From IMG/VR virus record IMGVR_UViG_3300027782_000038: a stretch of 64,000 nucleotides of DNA; one strand, 5' to 3'. Under the pieces are notes generated by a model. That model saw only the letters and a list, made by a program, of their open reading frames with translations. It was not told the DNA's origin and did not search any database. A program made the position numbers and the translations under genes. Of this stretch, positions 51,205-60,793 are shown piece by piece. This DNA is from a virus. The stretch's first letter is position 1. Each line of letters begins with the position of its first letter.

Positions 51205-52276
51205 TCTTCTTGAAAATTCTGTAACATTAGCGACTTCAATTGCATTTACCAAAAAAGAAGTTGCTAAACTTAAAGAAGAATTTAGAGAACTATTAGAAAA
51301 TTCTCCTCCAGAAATAATTGTAGAAACCTACGAAGGAACCAAAGGTCCAATTGGACCTGTTGGTCTTACTGGACCTGTTGGTCCGCAAGGTATTCGTGGT
51401 GAAAAAGGTTCTCAAGGTGAACCCGGAATACAAGGAGTTCCCGGAATCAAAGGTGACCAAGGCGAAAAGGGTGATACTGGAGAAAAAGGAATTACAGGTG
51501 ATCGTGGTGAAAAGGGGGACAGAGGTGATCGTGGTGAAAAAGGAGACAAAGGCGACCAAGGCGTTCCTGGTGTAGATGGTAAATCCGGTAGTGCGGGAAT
51601 CAACGGTAAGAACGGTTTAGATGGTAAAGATGGAACCAATGGAAAAGATGGTATTAATGGTAAAGACGGAAAGAATGGTCTAGATGGCATCAATGGTAAA
51701 GACGGAACCAATGGAAAAGATGGTATTAATGGTAAAGACGGAAAGAATGGTCTAGATGGTAAAGATGGTGAACGTGGTGAGAAGGGTGAAAAGGGAGACA
51801 AAGGTGATCCAGGTAAAGATGCTGATATTCTTCCAATACAAGAAAAACTTTCAGTCTTTCAAAAAGGAATTGAACAAGACCTAAACAATTATAAAAACAA
51901 AATCAATTCTGTAATAACATCAAAAGGTTTTGGTGAAACTGCTGGATCAGGTTCATATTATTTAAATGATTTAGGTGATACAGATAAAGCAAGTATAAAA
52001 ACTGCTGCAAATGGACAAAGTTTAATATATAATAGTAGCATAAAAAAATGGGTTGCAGGTAATATATCGCAACCAGTTGAATTAATTAATCCTGTATTCA
52101 CATATACAAATGGATTATTAACAAATATAACATATTCTGGTGGACAAACAAAAACACTTACATACTCTAGTGGAATTCTAACTCAAATAGATCAGAATAT
52201 GCTAACATATATAATAAGAAAGACATTTAATTATACAGATGGAGTATTAACTTCGATTACACAGGTAACTTTATAA
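51185..52276 (+). CDS. collagen-like (Gly-X-Y) fibre protein
   Basis: About 54 Gly-X-Y triplets (~51334-51820), GSGSYYLNDLGD and GQSLIYN..KKW motifs; probable start ATG 51185 overlapping the gp20 end. Confidence 0.85.
   Translation: MSKENNNLLENSVTLATSIAFTKKEVAKLKEEFRELLENSPPEIIVETYEGTKGPIGPVGLTGPVGPQGIRGEKGSQGEPGIQGVPGIKGDQGEKGDTGEKGITGDRGEKGDRGDRGEKGDKGDQGVPGVDGKSGSAGINGKNGLDGKDGTNGKDGINGKDGKNGLDGINGKDGTNGKDGINGKDGKNGLDGKDGERGEKGEKGDKGDPGKDADILPIQEKLSVFQKGIEQDLNNYKNKINSVITSKGFGETAGSGSYYLNDLGDTDKASIKTAANGQSLIYNSSIKKWVAGNISQPVELINPVFTYTNGLLTNITYSGGQTKTLTYSSGILTQIDQNMLTYIIRKTFNYTDGVLTSITQVTL
51623..51760 (+). repeat. direct duplication with 72-nt period inside the collagen region
   Basis: ggtaaagaYggaaccaatggaaaagatggtattaatggtaaagacggaaagaatggtctagatgg at 51623 and 51695. 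Confidence 0.85.
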
Positions 52277-52277
52277 T

Positions 52278-55200
52278 ATGGCAACCATTGACGTAGCAAA
52301 CTCACGCAACCTTACAGCAGTTACTTACGCTCAGGACGATATTATCAACGTCTTGGATGGCGTAACGCTCACTATTAACAGCCAATGGTCAATCAGACCA
52401 AGATTGATTCAGGCTCTTGGCACAGGGCGTATTGAGGTTAGCAACTCCAGTAACACAACACCTCATCTGCAAGAGTTTTTTATGCAGAATGGTTTAAGTA
52501 GTGCTGCTTTAAATAATGGTGGTTTTACTGTCCAACAGAACGGTGTTCTACAAGTCAGAGGTGACTGGATTACTGTAGGAACGTCTACAGGTGCAAATAA
52601 CCAGACATTGTTTAGTGCAAACAATGTTGGTGGCGTATCAATTGACTACCCCTCAATGATTCAAGTTGAAACAGCTAACGGTAGTAATGTATGGGAAGTA
52701 TGGCAAGCTATTCCTGAAGATGTTACTGGTGGTACAAATAACACCTACGGATTTAACGCTAATAATGTTACTGTGGGTACTGTATCTATCACAACTGGTG
52801 GTGTGGTAACTGGCAATGGCACAAACTTTTTAAGTTCACACATTGGATTACCATTTAAACTGCCAAGCATTGCCCGTGATTTTGTTGTAAGTGCGCTTAC
52901 TTCTAATACATCTATTACTATTCAAGAACTTGATGGCACGACTTATACAGGCGGTGTAATTGCAGCGGGTAATACACACATTATTCGTTCTGGTTCTTTA
53001 ATTAATCCAACACAGGTTGGCGCAAGCGAAGTCGGTAAGGTGCTGTTTTTTAATCCCTTGACTACAGCGGTCAGAACGGGGGATGGAACGAACGGGACAA
53101 AGATACCTACAGGCGCAAGGGTTCGTATACCAAACATTCACTTTAACTCTGCGCTACAACAGACTACCCTTGCAACAGCAATCACAGGCACAGGCGCACA
53201 GGCTTTTACATTAGCCACAGCAATTGGACCAACAACCAACGGCGCTATTAACGTCAACCAAGCGATTGGTTCTTTTCTTTTGGTTAGTGGCTCAACGATT
53301 GAGCGTATTCACTTTCTTACTCGTTCTGGTGCAGTAGTTAGCGCAACCTCACAACTAAGAGGGCAATACGGCACAACGGCTCAAGCTAGTTTTCCAATTG
53401 GAACATTAGTCTATTGGATTCCATCGCCCAATAACACAGTCAATAACGCTGGCTTTAGCTGTAACCCATCTGGCACAATTGACATACAAACTTGCAGTAC
53501 AGGTATGCGGTTTAGAAATGATTTTCAAAACTACGCTGATCTAACGCTTAAAGACTTTGGTTGTTTTGGAACACTCATCGGTAACTCTGCTGGTACTTAT
53601 AACTTAAACACATTAAGCCTATTAGGAATTAACTGGCAAGCCCCCACATCAGTTAACGCTACAGCTACACTTAGTTCTATGCTTGGAAGCGGCAGTATTT
53701 CAAGTATTCATGCTAATTCTAATTATTCGGGCAACACAAGTGGAACAGCTTACAACTTTTCCAACATCCAGAACGCTCAAGTAATCAGTAATTTACGCTC
53801 TAGACAATGGGGTCGAAATGGGGCAGCGACTACAGCAGGATTTCGTGGCTTTGCATTTACAACGATTAAATCTGCTACTCCTGTAGATGGTCTTTACATG
53901 GCTGGCGGTGGGTTTTTTATAGCTGCTACTACCAACATTGATATTAAAAATATTTTTATTGCATCTTTGCCTAACGGCAATAGCACTAGCTCTACTGATG
54001 GAACTACATTTCCAACAATAACCAGCACAGTCAACAGCACGTTCAGAGGCTTACAGGTCTGGGGTGGAGGTATTGTTTCAAGAGGTGCTTTAATCAGCAT
54101 CGACTCATCTTGTGAAAGCGTTGTGTGTCATAACAAAGGATACTCAGCGATTGCGGGTTCATTACAAGTCCCATCCATTGTTACAGACGCTGGGTTAAAT
54201 AGCATCATCGCATTTATATCTGTTACAAACCCTCGTGTACAAACAGCAGCTCAAACTTATTTGACTGGTAACTCTATCAGTAACAGCGGTGGATTGTTTC
54301 GTATGCTGTTAATTGATTCCGTTACAAGTACAGCGGCTGGTACAGGTGGTGCATCAAAGTCTGGCGTTGAAATGGATATGGTTGCTGGCCCTCATCGAAT
54401 ATTTCAGACAACTGCAATAGCTTCAATTATTCCAAACTTGGTCGATGTGCAGCCCATTATTGTGATGTCAAACACAGCCAAAAGTGTTGGCTCTGTTTAT
54501 GTCGGTGGCTTTTCAGCACAAAGCTCTTTTAATATGTACACCTTTGGTGGCGGCACATTCTTAGATAACCTTGGTCGTATCTACTACCCTGCTATTAGTG
54601 ACTCAGTTATTATCAAGTCGGTGTTTGCACTCAAAGGCATCACAAACTTCACAGGCACAGCGTTTGATTTTAACTACAACTTAGGCGGTGGCAACCCAAT
54701 CCCCGCAGGCACGACTGTTGAATTTAGAATGACCAATTGGGGTACTGCAAACACGGGCGCATGGACAGCGTTTGTTGATAACTCTAGCCTTGAAACGGCA
54801 AGGGCTGCACTGACAGGTTATAGCTCGTCGGTTGGTTTAGATTTGCAATTCCGCATTACAGGCACGACTGCGGTGGCTGGTCGATATGTGATGAGCATGA
54901 AGTTGCCTGTCACGATTGATGCAGCCTATGACCCTGCCGTATACAGAACAGAGATTGGCTTTACTGGCGCACAAGTTGGTACGCTGATTGCAGGCTATCT
55001 AAACGCAGACCCAAATAATCCGTCACTGCAAAGTAACAAAACTCTTGCCAGCGATACTGGTTCTGTACCAATGCCGTATGACTATGATGCTGTTCCCGTG
55101 GCGTATCGCTTAGTAGCTCGATTAGCAGGCTGGACGTTTAGTAGTTTGACCGGAACATACCTCAAGACAGCAATCAGCATCCCTATCACGCAAAACCAAG

Positions 55201-57593
55201 TGTTAGATGTTAATGGCAATCCTCTGTATGTATCGGGCGTGACAGGCGTAGCGGTTGACCACGTTGCTCAGACCATTACCGTAAGTGCCAATCGTTCCGC
55301 AGCACAGATTTGGTCAGCGGTGCAAGATAACCTTTCTTTGCTTACAAACCTAGCACGACCAGACCCATTTACAACAAACAACGGTACAGTTTTCGACAGC
55401 AGCTACACGCTAGTCGTGACTGGCGGCATTACATCTGGCAACATCGACTCAAACGTAACCCTATCTGGCACACTTGCAAGCGGTGTAAACATTGTTGGTA
55501 ACATCGCACAAGCAACACCAACCAATTTAACTGGTGTGTCTATCGTTGGTAATTTAACATATAACACAGCTTCATCACCTACTGTAACTTTAACAAATAC
55601 AAACATTAGTGGAACAGTTAGCAACGCTGGTGCAGGTACAGTCACAATCAGTGCAAGTGGTAGCACTATTGGTACAGTCGGTACTCGTGTTGTTACTCGA
55701 CCTGTTACTGCTTTAACATTAAATGGTTTAACCGCCGGATCACAGATTTATATTGCTAACGGTTCTGGTACGCAAGTTGCGTATGTCGCATCGTCAGGCA
55801 CAAGCTACACACTCGACACCACAGGTCAAACAGGCGCTTGGGTTTGGAAGGTAGCTCGCTATGGATTTACATCACAATACGGTGGACACAGCCCCGCCAC
55901 GGCTTCAACAACGGTAACGGTTGTCTTATCAGCAGACGCATTCATTACGCAGCCTGTAAAGGCTACAGTAGCAGCGTATGAGTTCTTGCCGAACATGGAC
56001 ACCTTGTATGATTACTCAGCCTACTACGAAACGCTAGAGATCGGCATACCCTACTCACGGATCATCACCAAGGCGGGTACTAACGCTTCTGCTGGCTCAT
56101 ATCCTGTAGAAATAAATGATACAGGTGACTTGTTTGTTTTTAATGGTTCATCATTATCAATCTGGTGTGGTGATAGACTAAGTGCTGGAACTACAATTAC
56201 AGGCGCATTGTTTAGTTCAAGTTCTGTAACGATACCTTCTAACTTTGGCAATACAGCTATTACAGCAAACGTGATTCAGCTCTTTCCAAGTGACTTGTCT
56301 GGTATGGTTATCACAGGTAACTTGAGTTACAACGATAGCGCTCCATACGCCTATACTGCAACTATTACTGACAGTACTATTACAGGCACAATTAGTAACA
56401 TTGGAACTGCTCAAGTTAAAGTGATTAAGGCTGGTACTTCACCGTTCTTTACTGCTGGCGCTAGAGTAAGTGTTGTAGGAATAGCTACCTTTAGAACAAC
56501 TGATAACCTTGCCTTGACCACTTATGTTACTAAAAACGGTGGTGTAGATTTAGGGTTTGTAGTGCAAAATACTGCTAGGACTGTAGAAGTTTCAGCAGGA
56601 GATACGTTTGCGGTATATGCTGTAGCATATGGATACAAAAGAAAGTTATATTATCCTGTAGCTTCAGACTTTAATACGTTTACTACATCATTAATTCCAG
56701 AGACTAACGTAGATACAACATTAAATACTACTAATAGAAACTATATTGCAACACAAATAAGCACAGCTCTTGATGGTCAATTGGTTGCAGTATCAATAGG
56801 TTCAGACTTACGTGCTTATTCTCCAGCGGATGTTTTAAACGGATTACATTACTACACAGTTGTGTACGGCGAATTGCCAGCTTATGTATCAGTTTTGTCT
56901 GGAACCACTGCGGGTTTTGACATCATAACGGGTGGCGTTTATATATCATCTCCAGCGTTTTATGCCAAAGTAAATAACTCAGTAACTACTACAACAGACG
57001 TAGGTATCTTAATACCATTGTACTTCCAAGTAGCCGCTTCTGTTTATGTTGCTAATCCAGCATATACCCCAGTGAAAAAGAATAGCTCAGGTATTATTTT
57101 ACAGACTGCGCCTTGGACACAGCAAACAGCGGTTATTAGTGAAACAGACAAGACTAGTATACGAACTGGTCTTGCCCTACAAGCAAATGTTTTAGCTATT
57201 CCAACTAATACTCTTTTAACTACTGATGTTCGTTTGAATAGATTGGATGCCAATGTTTCAAGTCGCCTCGCAACAACATCTTATACTGCGCCAGATAATG
57301 CAAATACTGCTTTGATAAAGGTTAAAGTTGATACCTTACCTATACTCACTCAAATCGAAGCATCAACTGTATTAGCTAAAGAATCTACTGTAAATACAAA
57401 GGCATCACAAGCAAGTGTCAATGCGATTCCAACAAATACCGTGTTGGTAACAGATACTAGACTAGATAAACTGGATGCCAATGTTTCAAGTCGCCTAACA
57501 CTTGCAGGAATTGAATCATCTAATGTGGTTGCAAAAGAGGCTTCGGTTACATCAGTTAAAATAAACACCAATTTAATACCAGCACTACTTTAA
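52278..57593 (+). CDS. large beta-rich virion protein (1771 aa), candidate head/neck fibre or adhesin
   Basis: Thr/Gly/Ser-rich with beta-helix-like stretches; GC-richer codons; duplicated C-terminal AIPTN..RL..LDANVSSRL. Confidence 0.7.
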   Translation: MATIDVANSRNLTAVTYAQDDIINVLDGVTLTINSQWSIRPRLIQALGTGRIEVSNSSNTTPHLQEFFMQNGLSSAALNNGGFTVQQNGVLQVRGDWITVGTSTGANNQTLFSANNVGGVSIDYPSMIQVETANGSNVWEVWQAIPEDVTGGTNNTYGFNANNVTVGTVSITTGGVVTGNGTNFLSSHIGLPFKLPSIARDFVVSALTSNTSITIQELDGTTYTGGVIAAGNTHIIRSGSLINPTQVGASEVGKVLFFNPLTTAVRTGDGTNGTKIPTGARVRIPNIHFNSALQQTTLATAITGTGAQAFTLATAIGPTTNGAINVNQAIGSFLLVSGSTIERIHFLTRSGAVVSATSQLRGQYGTTAQASFPIGTLVYWIPSPNNTVNNAGFSCNPSGTIDIQTCSTGMRFRNDFQNYADLTLKDFGCFGTLIGNSAGTYNLNTLSLLGINWQAPTSVNATATLSSMLGSGSISSIHANSNYSGNTSGTAYNFSNIQNAQVISNLRSRQWGRNGAATTAGFRGFAFTTIKSATPVDGLYMAGGGFFIAATTNIDIKNIFIASLPNGNSTSSTDGTTFPTITSTVNSTFRGLQVWGGGIVSRGALISIDSSCESVVCHNKGYSAIAGSLQVPSIVTDAGLNSIIAFISVTNPRVQTAAQTYLTGNSISNSGGLFRMLLIDSVTSTAAGTGGASKSGVEMDMVAGPHRIFQTTAIASIIPNLVDVQPIIVMSNTAKSVGSVYVGGFSAQSSFNMYTFGGGTFLDNLGRIYYPAISDSVIIKSVFALKGITNFTGTAFDFNYNLGGGNPIPAGTTVEFRMTNWGTANTGAWTAFVDNSSLETARAALTGYSSSVGLDLQFRITGTTAVAGRYVMSMKLPVTIDAAYDPAVYRTEIGFTGAQVGTLIAGYLNADPNNPSLQSNKTLASDTGSVPMPYDYDAVPVAYRLVARLAGWTFSSLTGTYLKTAISIPITQNQVLDVNGNPLYVSGVTGVAVDHVAQTITVSANRSAAQIWSAVQDNLSLLTNLARPDPFTTNNGTVFDSSYTLVVTGGITSGNIDSNVTLSGTLASGVNIVGNIAQATPTNLTGVSIVGNLTYNTASSPTVTLTNTNISGTVSNAGAGTVTISASGSTIGTVGTRVVTRPVTALTLNGLTAGSQIYIANGSGTQVAYVASSGTSYTLDTTGQTGAWVWKVARYGFTSQYGGHSPATASTTVTVVLSADAFITQPVKATVAAYEFLPNMDTLYDYSAYYETLEIGIPYSRIITKAGTNASAGSYPVEINDTGDLFVFNGSSLSIWCGDRLSAGTTITGALFSSSSVTIPSNFGNTAITANVIQLFPSDLSGMVITGNLSYNDSAPYAYTATITDSTITGTISNIGTAQVKVIKAGTSPFFTAGARVSVVGIATFRTTDNLALTTYVTKNGGVDLGFVVQNTARTVEVSAGDTFAVYAVAYGYKRKLYYPVASDFNTFTTSLIPETNVDTTLNTTNRNYIATQISTALDGQLVAVSIGSDLRAYSPADVLNGLHYYTVVYGELPAYVSVLSGTTAGFDIITGGVYISSPAFYAKVNNSVTTTTDVGILIPLYFQVAASVYVANPAYTPVKKNSSGIILQTAPWTQQTAVISETDKTSIRTGLALQANVLAIPTNTLLTTDVRLNRLDANVSSRLATTSYTAPDNANTALIKVKVDTLPILTQIEASTVLAKESTVNTKASQASVNAIPTNTVLVTDTRLDKLDANVSSRLTLAGIESSNVVAKEASVTSVKINTNLIPALL

Positions 57594-57606
57594 TAAATCA
57601 AAATAT

Positions 57607-57614
57607 TATAAATA
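57607..57614 (+). promoter_or_regulatory. late promoter TATAAATA
   Basis: Exact box before the prohead core genes. Confidence 0.8.
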
Positions 57615-57634
57615 TCTATTATTTGGAGAACTTT

Positions 57635-57817
57635 ATGTCAGATTACTCAACACGCAATATCATTGATTATGCATTTGATGGTGATGGTACAAAATTTAGA
57701 GATGAATTATATGGTTCAATTCATGACCGTATTTCGGCACACATTGATGCCAAGAAGCAAGAGATTGCTCGTGGTTTGGTAGGACAGAATGAAGAAATTG
57801 AAGAAGTTGAAGAATAA
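57635..57817 (+). CDS. small acidic prohead core protein (gp67-like)
   Basis: SD GGAG then ATG 57635; KKQEIA motif and acidic tail; synteny between gp20 and gp21. Confidence 0.6.
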   Translation: MSDYSTRNIIDYAFDGDGTKFRDELYGSIHDRISAHIDAKKQEIARGLVGQNEEIEEVEE

Positions 57818-57820
57818 TAC

Positions 57821-58351
57821 ATGAAATCAATGAAAGACTTCCTCGATTCAAGACAACCTCTACCTGAAGTGGTAGAGGAAGAAGTTATTACGATTGAGGA
57901 ATTAGAAGCAATGGATGAAACATTGTTTGAAGATGATGAAAAACAAATTCATGGCCATCCAATGGATCCACCAGCCGTACTGGTTATGCGTAGAAAGTCT
58001 ATTAGACAGTTCCCAAATAATCAAAGAGTGGCAATGTATTATGTGGATAAGATAAATAAGTATGTAACAGTTCCATACTTGGCAATGCAATGGTCTGCTT
58101 CAATGCCGGAAGAAGTTTCGGGTAATATTATAAACAGTTTAGTAAATATTGTTGAATCACAAAAAGAAAAAATTGTTCATTTTGATGACGGTAAAACATT
58201 TAAAGTAAATGAACAAACAGCCAAAACAATTCTAAAAGTTTATTCTGCATTGAACGAAGATAACAAACAAAAGCTTGCTGAAATGGCACAAATGAATAAA
58301 GAAAATTTTGTGAAAGTATTTAACTTTGCACAACAAGAATTATTAAAATAG
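57821..58351 (+). CDS. putative prohead core protein
   Basis: 176-aa ORF with an acidic N-terminus, in the gp67/gp68 region. Confidence 0.55.
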   Translation: MKSMKDFLDSRQPLPEVVEEEVITIEELEAMDETLFEDDEKQIHGHPMDPPAVLVMRRKSIRQFPNNQRVAMYYVDKINKYVTVPYLAMQWSASMPEEVSGNIINSLVNIVESQKEKIVHFDDGKTFKVNEQTAKTILKVYSALNEDNKQKLAEMAQMNKENFVKVFNFAQQELLK

Positions 58352-58359
58352 GATAGAAA

Positions 58360-58884
58360 ATGGCAACCTCAAATTCGACACAGATACTAATTGACACTAA
58401 TAGACGAACTGTTATCAAACGAGTTGGTATTTTTGATGCCGCCGGTGGTGATGAAAACGAAACTGTCATTATTAATCCAAGAACTTTAAATTATTTAATG
58501 AACGCCAACAATTTACCGTATCAGGCCGGCAATACATTTGGACCAGGTTTTGCAAATTCAGCGTTCACAATTACCAGAATTCTTGCTACTGTTGATGCTG
58601 AAGTTGGTCACCTTCAATTAAAGTGGGAAGGCACTGGTGCTTCAGCCACAATTTTTGCATTTGGTGCTGGATCATCAGATACTAATATTAACGGTAATTT
58701 TCCAGCGATCACTAATAATGCCACAGGTCCTACAGGTAACGTAACAATCAAGACTGTAGGAACAACAGCAAATGCTGCATATACAGTTATGATTGAATTA
58801 CATAAAAATGGCACCTACTACAGTGGTGGCCAATTCCAAGATCCTGCTGCGTTTAACTATCCTCCTTACAATCTAACACCATAA
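58360..58884 (+). CDS. hypothetical virion protein
   Basis: SD AGGA; beta-rich; YTVMIELHK motif. Confidence 0.7.
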   Translation: MATSNSTQILIDTNRRTVIKRVGIFDAAGGDENETVIINPRTLNYLMNANNLPYQAGNTFGPGFANSAFTITRILATVDAEVGHLQLKWEGTGASATIFAFGAGSSDTNINGNFPAITNNATGPTGNVTIKTVGTTANAAYTVMIELHKNGTYYSGGQFQDPAAFNYPPYNLTP

Positions 58885-58899
58885 GGAACTGGATCTAAA

Positions 58900-59544
58900 A
58901 TGAAACTTATTAAAGAAATCAACGAAACAATAAACTACATCATCGAAGAATCTGATGGCAAGAAAGTTTTGCATATTGAAGGTCCTTTTTTGGTAGCCGA
59001 AGTAAAAAATAAAAATGGTAGATTGTACGAATTCAATACCATGAGAAAAGAAGTACATCGTTACACAGAAGAATGTATAAATAAAAATAGAGCATTTGGT
59101 GAACTGGGACATCCAGATTCTCCTTCTATCAATCTAGAAAGAACCGCTATTTTAATTAAATCATTAAAAGAAGATGGTAATCAATGGATTGGTAAAGCAA
59201 AAATACTTGAAACACCAATGGGTATCATAGCAAAACAATTAATAGAAGGTGGCGCTCAACTTGGTGTTTCTTCCCGAGGAATGGGATCATTGAAGAATGT
59301 TAACGGTGTTAATGTTGTTCAACCCGATTTTTATCTAGCCACAGCGGCAGATATTGTAGCAGACCCTTCCGCACCTGGTGCATTTGTACGTGGTATCATG
59401 GAAGGAAAAGAATGGATGTTAATCAATGGTGTTTGGACTGAACAAGATCAATCTGAAGCAATACAACAAATACGTAAAGCAACCAGAAAACAAATTGAGG
59501 AAGTTAGTCTAAATATTTTTGGAAGCTTCCTTAAAAAACTTTAA
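58900..59544 (+). CDS. gp21: prohead protease gp21
   Basis: MKLIKE, KNKNGRLY, RAFGELGHP, ILETPMG, LGVSSRGMGSL, ADIVADPSAP.AFV.GIMEGKEW. Confidence 0.96.
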   Translation: MKLIKEINETINYIIEESDGKKVLHIEGPFLVAEVKNKNGRLYEFNTMRKEVHRYTEECINKNRAFGELGHPDSPSINLERTAILIKSLKEDGNQWIGKAKILETPMGIIAKQLIEGGAQLGVSSRGMGSLKNVNGVNVVQPDFYLATAADIVADPSAPGAFVRGIMEGKEWMLINGVWTEQDQSEAIQQIRKATRKQIEEVSLNIFGSFLKKL

Positions 59545-59583
59545 ACATAAATATACAATACAGAAAACAAGGAGATTTTCAAA

Positions 59584-60756
59584 ATGGCAAAATTCAATCT
59601 GTCTGAAGCCGCTAGTGCAATTCTGGAAGGATCAAAAGAAACATTTGATGCTAACATTGCTGCAAAACGTGGACAACGTGGACAAACAGGTACAAAATCA
59701 GAAGTAGGCGATAGTAAGTTGGATGCAAGTGTAGCTTATGGTACATCTGATGCAGGAAAAATTGGTGATGCACCAGAAGCAAACGATGCTGGTTTACCAG
59801 ATTTCACTAGAGGCGTTCCATCAGCAACACCACCAGGCGCAACACCACCAGTTGGTGCAGAAGCAGGTAGTAAGTTAAGTGGTCAACCACAACAAACTAT
59901 GGGTCGTGCTGATTTAGTTACTCCAACACAAGCATCTGCAACAGACTATTCAGCAATTCGTGATCGTATTGCCGGCAAACTTGCACCACAAATGATGCAA
60001 GCCAATCCAGGTGCTACATTCCAAGCATATGCTGAAGATATCAATGCAATGTTGTCTGGTGAAAACCTTTCAGAAGAATTCGTATCAAAAGCTACCACAA
60101 TTTTTGAAGCAGCTGTTGTTGCTCGTGCAACTGAAGTTGTTGAAATTATGGAACAAGAATTGACAGAACAATTTGAAGTTGCTGTCGAACAAGTAAAAGA
60201 AGATTTGGCATCTAAAGTTGATGACTATCTGAATTACATGGTCGAAGAATGGATGAGAGAAAACGAAATCGCTATTGAAAAAGGTCTACGTGCTGAAATT
60301 GCCGAAGATTTTATTAACGGTCTACGTGATTTATTCGTTGAACACTATATCGACATTCCAACAGAGAAAGTTGACATTGTTAGTGAATTGGCTGAGAAGG
60401 TTGAAGAACTGGAAGAGTCACTCAATGCTGAAATTAATCGTGGTGTTGAACTAACAAAAGAATTAAATGAACAAAGAAAAATCGAGGCTATCTACACAGC
60501 GTGCGAAGGCCTGACACAAACCCAAGTAGAAAAAATGAAATCACTCGCAGAGAGTATTGAATTTACTACTGAATATGAATTTGCTGATAAAATGGAAACA
60601 TTGAAAGAATCTTACTTTCATCCTTCAGTTAAAACTGCAAGCAGATTAGCTTTAGATGAAGAAGTATTCATTGAAGAAGAAAAGAAAGTTTACAAATCTT
60701 CAGACCCAGCAATGGACATTTACGCAAAAACAATTTCGAAAACTTTAATTAAATAA
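59584..60756 (+). CDS. gp22: prohead core scaffold gp22
   Basis: LSEEF..KA.TIFEAAV, KVDDYL.Y.VEEW..EN..AIE.GL, LF.EHYIDIP, LKESYF; CATAAATA at 59546. Confidence 0.92.
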   Translation: MAKFNLSEAASAILEGSKETFDANIAAKRGQRGQTGTKSEVGDSKLDASVAYGTSDAGKIGDAPEANDAGLPDFTRGVPSATPPGATPPVGAEAGSKLSGQPQQTMGRADLVTPTQASATDYSAIRDRIAGKLAPQMMQANPGATFQAYAEDINAMLSGENLSEEFVSKATTIFEAAVVARATEVVEIMEQELTEQFEVAVEQVKEDLASKVDDYLNYMVEEWMRENEIAIEKGLRAEIAEDFINGLRDLFVEHYIDIPTEKVDIVSELAEKVEELEESLNAEINRGVELTKELNEQRKIEAIYTACEGLTQTQVEKMKSLAESIEFTTEYEFADKMETLKESYFHPSVKTASRLALDEEVFIEEEKKVYKSSDPAMDIYAKTISKTLIK

Positions 60757-60793
60757 ATAAAGTACCAAAGATACTTACCATAAGGAGATTTTA

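Noticed and set aside
41427-57634. Track start sites 41427, 49489, 51173 and 57623 (also 23854)
   Set aside because: Downstream ATGs (41457, 49513, 51185, 57635, 23890) fit the SD, promoter position or homologous N-termini better.
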